Shown here: positions 57,021 to 64,000 of the stretch, in pieces
Layout of the letters: each line of letters starts with the position of its first letter
Numbering within the stretch: position 1 is the stretch's first letter
From: an uncultured Candidatus Rokubacteria bacterium
Lineage (GTDB): Bacteria; Methylomirabilota; Methylomirabilia; Rokubacteriales; DASRDR01
Reading direction: 5' to 3'
Length of the DNA: 64,000 nt
Assembly: GCA_963805625.1 (NCBI GenBank)
Contig: CAWDVE010000010.1
Span: 608,001 to 672,000, forward strand
Notes under the pieces: generated by a model
Told to the model about the DNA's origin: nothing
Databases searched by the model: none
The model's input: only the letters and a program-made list of their open reading frames with translations
Made by a program: the position numbers and the translations under genes

Positions 57021-57988
57021 CGGCCCTCCTTCGCCTCGTAGAAGACCCAGCGTCCGGAGGTCTTGAAGAGAACCGCCGTGCAGAGGGCCACCGCGACGAG
57101 AAGCACCCAGGCCATGGCTGAGGCATAGCCCATCTGGAAGCTCTCGAACGCCCGCCGGTACAGGTAGAGCGCGTAGAAGAGTGTGGTGTCCATCGGCCCC
57201 CCGCCCGTCACGATGAACGCCTGGGTGAAGACCATGAACCCGGTGATGGTCTGCATCACCAGGTTGAAGAACGTGACGGGCGAGAGGAGCGGCAGGGTGA
57301 TCCGGAAGAATCGGGCCCATGCCCCGGCACCGTCGATCGCCGCCGCCTCGTGGAGCTCCGCGGGGATCTGCCGGAGCCCGGCCAGGAAGATCAGCATCGG
57401 CGAGCCGAACTGCCAGACGGCGAGGGTGATCAGGGTCCAGATGGCGAAGTCAGGACTGCCGAGCCAGCTCACGCGAGGGACGCCGAGAAGCGCGAGGACG
57501 GCGTTGACCACCCCCTGGGTCCCGAACACTTGCCGCCACATGAGGGCCACCGCCACGCTGCCGGCCACGATCGACGGGGCGTAGTAGGCGGCCCGGTACA
57601 CGCTCATTCCCCGGCGCTGGGTGTTCAGTAGCATCGCGAGCCCGAGCGCGAACGCGAGCCGGAGGGGAACGGCGACGGCCACGTAGAAGAGGGTCACCGT
57701 CACCGACTGGAGGTAGCGCCGGTCCTGCAGAAACATCCGCTGGAAGTTCTCGAGCCCCACCCAGCGAGGCGCCGTGAGGATGTCGTAGTCCGTGAAGGCG
57801 AGATACAGCGAGGCGCCCATGGGGAGCAGGGTCAGACCGAGGAATCCGAGCAGCCATGGGGCGATGAACGCATACCCGGCGATGTTGCGCGCGCGGGCTC
57901 GGGCGCGGCGTTCCGCGACACGCCCGGCCCGGACATCGACGCGAATGAGATCCTCACCCGGGAGCGAGGACACGCGCGCGCGGCTCAT
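57017..57988 (-). CDS. carbohydrate ABC permease (MalF-like)
   Basis: WVGLENF, IPAELHEAAAIDGA, MGYASA. Confidence 0.92.
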   Translation of the reverse strand: MSRARVSSLPGEDLIRVDVRAGRVAERRARARARNIAGYAFIAPWLLGFLGLTLLPMGASLYLAFTDYDILTAPRWVGLENFQRMFLQDRRYLQSVTVTLFYVAVAVPLRLAFALGLAMLLNTQRRGMSVYRAAYYAPSIVAGSVAVALMWRQVFGTQGVVNAVLALLGVPRVSWLGSPDFAIWTLITLAVWQFGSPMLIFLAGLRQIPAELHEAAAIDGAGAWARFFRITLPLLSPVTFFNLVMQTITGFMVFTQAFIVTGGGPMDTTLFYALYLYRRAFESFQMGYASAMAWVLLVAVALCTAVLFKTSGRWVFYEAKEGR

Positions 57989-58075
57989 CGCCGGCCACCG
58001 AGCGCGCGCATCGGCCCGGCGATCCTTACCTCGCTCGCCGCGCCCGGATCCCTGCCCGACACGCTTCCCGCCCGG

Positions 58076-59404
58076 CTAGCGCTTCGCCTTGGCGAGGATC
58101 GCGTTCGCCTCTTGCCGCAGGAGGGCGGCGGCTTTCTCCGGATCGAGCCGCCCGTACGCCACCGGGTCGATCACTTGCGGATTGAAGACGTTCTTGACGA
58201 TCTCGGTGTGCCCCGGCGGGTCAGGCGGCGGGATGGGCTGGACGTCCTTGCTCAGCCGCTCGAGGTACGCGAACATCTCGGCCTGAGAGCGCCCGAGCTT
58301 CGGCTTGAGCGCCTGCTGCACCTTGCTCGAGATCGGCACCCCTCGTTCCGCCAGCAGCACCTCGTTCGCCTCGATTGAGTTCGTGACGAAATCGATGAAC
58401 ATCGCCGCTTCCTTGGGCTGCTTGGCTTGGGTGGTGACGCTGAAGAACTGGGACGGCTTCAGGAAGTTGGCCGACTTCCCGCCCACGACGCGCGGCAGCG
58501 GCGCGAGCACGAAATTGCGCTCGTCGCCGCCCGCCGCCTTCCAGACGGCCACGATCTGATTGCTCCAGAAGTAGGCCATGGCCGCCTTTCGGCTGACGAT
58601 TGGAGCGAGCTCCACGCTCGTTTCCTGGTTGAAGCTAGCCAGTTCATCGGCCCGCGGCGTCAGAGCATTGGCCTTCTGGAGCCGCAGCAGCATGTTGAAA
58701 TGCTCCACCAGCGGCTTGTCGCTCTCGTAGCCGATCCGGCTTCCGTCGACGGAGTAGCGCCACTGCCCCGCCGAGAGGTAGAGCGCTCCCCAGATCTGGT
58801 TGTCCCATGTCTGCGAGCCCATGCCCCAGATGCCGAGCTTCCCCTGCAAGGCCAGGGCAGTCTTCTCGAAATCGGCCCACGTCCAGTTCGGCGGAGGCAG
58901 CTCCACGCCCGCCTTCTTGAAAGCGTCCACGTCGAGCACCCAGCACTGGGAGTTGGACCCGAGGTTGACCGCGACCAGCTTGCCGTTGACCACGCCGCCC
59001 TTGATCGCCGCGTCGGCCACGTCCCGCGTGTCGATGACCCCGGCCTTGACGTAGTCGTCGAGTGACGCCAGGAGGCCTCGGGACGACCACTCGGCGATGT
59101 AGGCGTAGTCCTGCTGCATCACGTCCGGCAGGTTGCGTCCCGCTGCCTGGGTGGTCATCTTGGTCCAGTAGTCGCTCCAGCCGGCGAACTCGTAGGTGAC
59201 CTTGATGTTCGGGTACTTCTTCTGGAAGAGCTCGATCGCCTTGATCGTCCGGTTGTGCCGGTCCTGCGAGCCCCACCACGCCACCCGCAGCTCGACGGGC
59301 GCGCCACCCGACTGGGCGGCGGCAGGGGTGTGGGCCGCTCCAGCCATCCAGAGGCCGACGATCACGGTCATCCACGCGACTGTCCGGCCGACGTGCCCAC
59401 GCAT
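58076..59404 (-). CDS. sugar ABC substrate-binding protein (YesO-like)
   Basis: Signal peptide; LRVAWWGSQDR, LPDVMQQD, WTWADF, LKPSQF. Confidence 0.9.
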   Translation of the reverse strand: MRGHVGRTVAWMTVIVGLWMAGAAHTPAAAQSGGAPVELRVAWWGSQDRHNRTIKAIELFQKKYPNIKVTYEFAGWSDYWTKMTTQAAGRNLPDVMQQDYAYIAEWSSRGLLASLDDYVKAGVIDTRDVADAAIKGGVVNGKLVAVNLGSNSQCWVLDVDAFKKAGVELPPPNWTWADFEKTALALQGKLGIWGMGSQTWDNQIWGALYLSAGQWRYSVDGSRIGYESDKPLVEHFNMLLRLQKANALTPRADELASFNQETSVELAPIVSRKAAMAYFWSNQIVAVWKAAGGDERNFVLAPLPRVVGGKSANFLKPSQFFSVTTQAKQPKEAAMFIDFVTNSIEANEVLLAERGVPISSKVQQALKPKLGRSQAEMFAYLERLSKDVQPIPPPDPPGHTEIVKNVFNPQVIDPVAYGRLDPEKAAALLRQEANAILAKAKR

Positions 59405-59511
59405 GGCGATGGCCTCGCTTTCTATGGCGCTCGAAAAGAGGTTGGCGGGGTCCGGGCTCACGTCCCTACTCGGTCACCTCGGGCCACGCCTGTCAAGGGG
59501 GATCCCGACCA

Positions 59512-60840
59512 TCATCGCGGGACGGCATGCGCCCCGCCCGGCAGGCGGAACAGATCGTCCACGTGCACCAGCCGCTCGGTGCGGATCGACTCGTTGGCGG
59601 CGAAACCCACGAGTAGGGACGCCGCCCCGTCGACGTGGGAAGCCGCCCGGTCGTAGGGGTCCGGCGGCGGCGATGGCGAGAAGAGCTGCTCCAGCATGAC
59701 CGGGTCCGCTCCGCCGTGGCCCCCCTCCCCGGAGGGAACCTCTACCTCGTACGCCGCGCCGAACAGGGGCTGCACTGTGATGCGCGCCGCCCTGAACGCC
59801 CCCTTGCTGGCCTTGGCTCGCTCGGCGCCCTGCATCAGGTGGGTGACGTTTTCGACGATGTCCATCTCGAGCCGCCCCCGGTCGCCCGTGATGGCCACAC
59901 GCAGGCCCTCCCAGGGGGCGTAGGCAACCAGGCAGTAGGAGAGCAGCGCCCCGTTCCGGTAGCGCGCCGTCACCGTCATGGTGTCGTCGATCGTGATGGG
60001 TTCCCCGAACACGTTCCGGTCGCGGATGTAGCCGCTCTCCGCCTCGGCCTCCAGGTACAGTCCGCGGAGCGCCGCGCTCCGGTCCAGGAACAGCGCGAAC
60101 GGATCGCTCCGCGCCGCCTCGCTGCCGGTGTAGCGCGTGTACGGGTACGACTCGCCGCGCGCCTCGGCATTCGCCCGCCCGTAGAAGCCCAGGGCCGCGA
60201 GCGCGAACACGTCCCGCGGATACGAGTCGATCCACCAGTTGACGAGGTCGAAGTGGTGGGTCGCCTTGTGCACCAGGAGCCCGCCGGAATTCTCCCGCTC
60301 GCGGTGCCACCGCCGGAAGTAGTCCGCGCCGTGCCGGGTGTCGAGAAGCCAGGAGAAGTCGACGCACAGCGGCCGGCCCACCACCCCGTCCATCATCAGG
60401 CGGCGGAAGACCGTGTAAGCCGGAGCATAGCGATAGTTGAAGGTGACGCGGAGCGATCGCCCGGTCCGCGCGATGGCGTCGAAAATCGCCCGCATCTTCT
60501 CGGCATCGGTCGTCATCGGCTTCTCGGTGATCACGTCGCAGCCGAGATCCATGGCCCGCGTGATGTACCGGTGGTGAGTCGCGTCCACCGTCGCGACGAT
60601 GACGGTGTCGGGTCGTGTCTCGGTGACCATCCGGTCGAACGCGTCGACCCGATACGTGGGGAGGGGCGCGCCGCCCGCCATCGCCGCCAGTCGCCGGTTG
60701 TGCCAGTCCATCCGCGTCTGGCTCAGGTCGCAGAGTCCCACCAACTCGGCCGTCTCCCGGTAGACCCCGGCGATCGCGTCGATGAACATGCCGGCCCGGG
60801 AGCCGGTTCCCACGATGGCATAGCGTCTCCGTCGGCTCAT
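59512..60840 (-). CDS. Gfo/Idh/MocA oxidoreductase (YteT-like)
   Basis: [39 protein letters not shown]. Confidence 0.92.
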   Translation of the reverse strand: MSRRRRYAIVGTGSRAGMFIDAIAGVYRETAELVGLCDLSQTRMDWHNRRLAAMAGGAPLPTYRVDAFDRMVTETRPDTVIVATVDATHHRYITRAMDLGCDVITEKPMTTDAEKMRAIFDAIARTGRSLRVTFNYRYAPAYTVFRRLMMDGVVGRPLCVDFSWLLDTRHGADYFRRWHRERENSGGLLVHKATHHFDLVNWWIDSYPRDVFALAALGFYGRANAEARGESYPYTRYTGSEAARSDPFALFLDRSAALRGLYLEAEAESGYIRDRNVFGEPITIDDTMTVTARYRNGALLSYCLVAYAPWEGLRVAITGDRGRLEMDIVENVTHLMQGAERAKASKGAFRAARITVQPLFGAAYEVEVPSGEGGHGGADPVMLEQLFSPSPPPDPYDRAASHVDGAASLLVGFAANESIRTERLVHVDDLFRLPGGAHAVPR

Positions 60841-60871
60841 CCGGCCCTGATGCCGATTTCGAGCCTGCCGG

Positions 60872-61057
60872 CTAGCGCTTGCCGCCTGCCCGTCCGGCAG
60901 GCTGCCACTGCGGGGGCACGATGAGAAGAGTGGCGTCAGCATCCACTGTCACGGCGATCGCAAAGACACCGTACGACGGCCGTGCATACACGGCGCTGAA
61001 CGCCTCGATCCGGGCGAGCCGAAGCTCTCTCTGTCGGAACCGGCTCAGGAGTCGCAT
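60872..61057 (-). CDS. possible small ORF at the head of the sugar operon
   Basis: 61 aa; GAAGGGAG upstream; lies downstream of an AT-rich promoter-like patch. Confidence 0.3.
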   Translation of the reverse strand: MRLLSRFRQRELRLARIEAFSAVYARPSYGVFAIAVTVDADATLLIVPPQWQPAGRAGGKR

Positions 61058-61152
61058 GCCGCTCGCGCTCCCTTCACGAGCACCCTTGCTGCCTCTTCAG
61101 CATATACATGAGCATATTCAATCTGTTACACATACTCACCTGACATGGAACT

Positions 61153-61824
61153 TCAGACCGATTCGCCGTGCGGGACAAGCGGCTCCCAAATCACCACCCG
61201 GATGGGCGTGGGCTCGAGCCCCGCACAGGGATTGTTGACCTGAGGGCAGTTCGAGATCAGCGCGAGCGCGTCCATCTCGGCCCGAAGGTCGACGAAGTCG
61301 CCCGCCTTCGAGAGGCCGTCGACGAACACAGTGTCCGTCAACTTCCCGTCCGGGCCCACCGGCACGTTGGAGAAGAAGTTGAGGTTGGCCACGATGTCGC
61401 GCCGCCCCAGGCCGTATTGGCCGAGCAGCCGGAGGAAGGCTTCGCGGCAGCCGGGAACGTCCTTCACCCCGTACATCATGAAGTTGCTGGGAGCGCTACA
61501 GCAGCCGCCGATGGTGTCGTGCCGGCCACAGGTGTCCTCCACGATCGTGAACATGGGCCGCGCCACATCGGAGTACAGCACGTGCCCGGTGGTGAGCAGG
61601 ATGCTCCGGGCCTTCTTCATGGTGTTGGCTGCGTGATACCGCTCCTCGGGCTGGGTGGCGTGATAGCAGAGAAAGTCCACCCCCTGCTTGCCAGCCTGGT
61701 CCACGATCCGGAGGATCTGGCCTCGCCTCACGACATCAGCCCACCCCTCGCCCGGCGGAACCACGTCGTCGCGGACCACGTGTCCGGGAGGTGAGGAGGT
61801 CGTCACTCCTGATTCACCGATCAT
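61153..61824 (-). CDS. urea carboxylase-associated DUF1989 protein (carboxyguanidine deiminase subunit-like)
   Basis: GQILRIVD..GKQGVD, DTCGRHDTIGGCC, LNFFSNVPV, SNCPQVNNPC. Confidence 0.9.
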   Translation of the reverse strand: MIGESGVTTSSPPGHVVRDDVVPPGEGWADVVRRGQILRIVDQAGKQGVDFLCYHATQPEERYHAANTMKKARSILLTTGHVLYSDVARPMFTIVEDTCGRHDTIGGCCSAPSNFMMYGVKDVPGCREAFLRLLGQYGLGRRDIVANLNFFSNVPVGPDGKLTDTVFVDGLSKAGDFVDLRAEMDALALISNCPQVNNPCAGLEPTPIRVVIWEPLVPHGESV

Positions 61825-61926
61825 CAGGCTTCTCGCTCTCTGGCTGGCTAGAGGACATTCGCTCGGAATCTCGACACAGCCAGGACCTTAGCACGGGTTG
61901 GAGTCTTCGGACTCGCGGCCGAGCGC

Positions 61927-61955
61927 TTGACTGCTCCCGGCGCCGCCCGTACCGT
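61927..61955 (+). promoter_or_regulatory. sigma70 promoter of the Cys-leader/cysteine synthase transcript
   Basis: TTGACT (61927-61932)-17 nt-TACCGT (61950-61955); the leader ATG is 6 nt downstream. Confidence 0.7.
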
Positions 61956-61961
61956 GGGATC

Positions 61962-62033
61962 ATGAGATGCTCTCGGCCGGATCGCTGTCGGTGTCGAGCG
62001 CGTGGGCCCGTGGGGGCTCGGGGCGCCTGGTAG
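61962..62033 (+). CDS. leaderless Cys-containing leader peptide MRCSRPDRCRCRARGPVGARGAW
   Basis: Three Cys codons (TGC, TGT, TGT) within the first 11 codons; lies between the promoter and the terminator upstream of cysteine synthase. Confidence 0.7.
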   Translation: MRCSRPDRCRCRARGPVGARGAW

Positions 62034-62059
62034 AGACGCCGCCGCGGACCGCACCACTT

Positions 62060-62095
62060 GGCCCACCGCCGCCGGGCGGTGGGCCTTTTTGCTTT
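62060..62095 (+). terminator. intrinsic terminator (attenuator) upstream of cysteine synthase
   Basis: GGCCCACCGCC-GCCG-GGCGGTGGGCC perfect 11-bp stem followed by TTTTTGCTTT. Confidence 0.85.
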
Positions 62096-62115
62096 CGGCA
62101 GATGGGGAGGCTCCA

Positions 62116-63066
62116 GTGACGTCAGGCAGGCGGTCGGCGACGCCCGCCGACCGCTTCGAGCGCGCCCTCGAGCACCCGCTGCTCCAGCGCATCGGGCGGA
62201 CGCCGCTGACGGAGCTGCGCCACCTTCCGCCACCCGGCCTCTCGTTGTACGCGAAGCTGGAGGCCCAGAATCCCGGCGGCAGCGTCAAGGATCGCGCGGC
62301 CCGTGCAATCGTGCTCGACGCCTTCGAGCGCGGCCTCCTGCCGCATCGACGGCTCCTCGACTCCACGAGTGGCAATACAGGCATCGCCTACGCCATGCTG
62401 GGCGCGGCGCTCGGCTTCGGGGTGACGCTCTGCGTGCCCGTGTCGGCCGGCCCGGAGCGCAAGCGTATCCTTCACGCGTACGGGGCGGAGGTCATCGATA
62501 CCGACGCCGGTGAAGGCTCGGACGGCGCGCGTCTCCGGGCGCGAGAGCTGGCCGACCTCCATCCGAACCGCTTCCACTACGTCGACCAGTACGCCAATCC
62601 TGCGAACCCCAGGGCCCACGAGACGGGCACGGGGCCGGAGATCCTCGGGCAGCTCGGCGAGCGCCCGCTGGACCTCTTCGTGGCCGGGCTCGGCACAAGC
62701 GGCACCTTCGTGGGCGTCGCCCGATTCCTACGCCGGGCGAGCGCCGCCACGACGTGCGTGGCCGTCGAGCCCGATGACGGCCTACACGGCATCGAAGGTC
62801 TGAAGCACATGGCAACGGCCGTCGTCCCGCCCATCTTCGAGCCGGCACTCGCCGGACGGCGCGAGCAGGTCACGACGGAGGCCGCGTATGAGATGACTCG
62901 GCGCCTGGCCCGCGAGGAGGGCCTGCTAGCCGGCGTGTCGTCCGGAGCCGCGCTGGTGGCGGCGCTCCGCGTCGCCCGCGAGATGGCGGCGCGCACGGTC
63001 GTGGTCGTCTTTCCGGACGGCGGCGAGCGCTATCTCTCGGAGCGCTTCTGGGAAGAGGCTCGCTGA
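62116..63066 (+). CDS. cysM: PLP-dependent cysteine synthase (CysM-like)
   Basis: IGRTPL, NPGGSVKDR, TSGNTG, QYANPAN, GLGTSGT, GVSSGA, FPDGGERYLS; RBS GGGGAGG. Confidence 0.9.
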   Translation: MTSGRRSATPADRFERALEHPLLQRIGRTPLTELRHLPPPGLSLYAKLEAQNPGGSVKDRAARAIVLDAFERGLLPHRRLLDSTSGNTGIAYAMLGAALGFGVTLCVPVSAGPERKRILHAYGAEVIDTDAGEGSDGARLRARELADLHPNRFHYVDQYANPANPRAHETGTGPEILGQLGERPLDLFVAGLGTSGTFVGVARFLRRASAATTCVAVEPDDGLHGIEGLKHMATAVVPPIFEPALAGRREQVTTEAAYEMTRRLAREEGLLAGVSSGAALVAALRVAREMAARTVVVVFPDGGERYLSERFWEEAR

Positions 63067-63251
63067 GCGGGAGGCTGCCGGCCTCCGCTCCGACCCCCCG
63101 GACCGAGACGAGCCGCTGGTCTCACCCCCCGTCGTATCCCGACGCGGGACGGAGGCTTGGACACGTTCGCGACGGGTCTCGTGTGCGCTCGCTGTGGCGC
63201 GCGTCGCGTGCTCCGACGCCGTCCGGCGCGTCGCGGCCCGCTAGATCCTAC

Positions 63252-64000
63252 TCACTGGGCTTTCGTGTACTTTCGCGCGTAGGCGCGCACGCAGGCCGCT
63301 CGCAGCGCGACCTCGTCCAGGTCACGGCCCCGGAAACGCTCGACCGACATGCGGCCCAGGTCCGGCTGGCTGGATCCATCCACGATCAGGTCGGCGAGGG
63401 CCCGGCCGACCGAGGCGGAGATGGACAGTCCTCCCACGTTGCAGGCCGAGGCGATGTAGAAGCCAGCCAGGCTCTCTACCGGGCCCACGATGTGCTCGCC
63501 GTCCGGTGAGATGGTGGGGAGTCCGCCGCGATGCTCGCGAAGCTTCGCGCCTCGCAGCGCGGGGAAATGGGCGGCCACCTCGCCGGCGAGGCCCCAGAGC
63601 ACACCGACGTCGAGCGGCATGTCCCGCACCTGGAAGCCCGCCGGCTCCTTCCCCATGTCGATCTGGAGCGGATGGTCCTCGTAGCCCCCGAGCATCAGCC
63701 CGCCCTGCTCCGGCCGGGTGTACACGCTTGGCTCGTGGATGCGGACGATCGGGTGATGAGGCTCGACCCCCGCGATCGGCTCGGTGATGAAGAGCTGGTG
63801 ACGCGTCGGGACCATGGGAACGCGGATGCCCACCTCGTCCGCCAGGAGCCCCGACCACGCGCCCGCGGCGTCGACGACCACCGGGCTCTCGATCACGCCG
63901 CCCGAGGTTCGGACTCCACGGATCCGCCCGGCCTCATGGAGGAACCCGGTCACCGCCGTCCCCGGCGCGAGGGTCACGCCCATCTCCCCGGCGGCGGCCG
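63252..64000 (-). CDS. FAD-dependent oxidoreductase (sarcosine oxidase beta/dimethylglycine dehydrogenase-like), 5' end outside the window
   Basis: VVDAAGAWS, HQLFITE, GGYE, ISPDG.HIVG. Confidence 0.88.
   Translation of the reverse strand, partial: AAAGEMGVTLAPGTAVTGFLHEAGRIRGVRTSGGVIESPVVVDAAGAWSGLLADEVGIRVPMVPTRHQLFITEPIAGVEPHHPIVRIHEPSVYTRPEQGGLMLGGYEDHPLQIDMGKEPAGFQVRDMPLDVGVLWGLAGEVAAHFPALRGAKLREHRGGLPTISPDGEHIVGPVESLAGFYIASACNVGGLSISASVGRALADLIVDGSSQPDLGRMSVERFRGRDLDEVALRAACVRAYARKYTKAQ

Noticed and set aside
1-64000. CRISPR arrays, tRNA/rRNA, IS elements, integrases, reverse transcriptases
   Set aside because: No regularly spaced repeats, T-loop/anticodon arms, or transposase/integrase/RT motifs recognised by eye; a covariance-model scan would be needed to exclude small RNAs

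Overview
High-GC (roughly 70%) bacterial chromosomal window with about 62 intact CDS. I saw no rRNA, tRNA, CRISPR array or transposase. Gene content and style suggest Ca. Rokubacteria/Methylomirabilota (inference only). Main blocks: housekeeping genes (RACo-type ASKHA/2Fe-2S protein, ychF, DMT, queF, clpS); a class III polyhydroxyalkanoate locus (phasin-like, phaR, phaB, phaJ, phaE, phaC) inside a large acyl-CoA metabolism region (fadD, family III CoA-transferases, crotonases, SCP2, Nudix, thioesterase, sirtuin, patatin); a CHASE3-PAS hybrid kinase; an LVIVD beta-propeller plus a Liv-type ABC transporter; a stress-type block (ligD, small basic protein, cardiolipin synthase); a sugar ABC transporter with three Gfo/Idh/MocA oxidoreductases; an orphan DUF1989 gene; and a cysteine synthase. 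The strongest unannotated signal is a candidate cysteine-sensing transcription attenuator upstream of the cysteine synthase. It consists of a sigma70 promoter, a leaderless 23-codon peptide with three Cys codons, an antiterminator and an intrinsic terminator. Other notable signals: a recurring TRACGC-N3-GCGTYA motif (candidate PhaR operator) at three pha promoters, sigma54-like sites in the stress block, frequent leaderless starts, a palindromic bidirectional -10 element, a MOSC-like/Smr fusion, a Cys-rich ClpS variant and several deletion-eroded pseudogenes. All family calls come from recognising motifs by eye; no searches were run.
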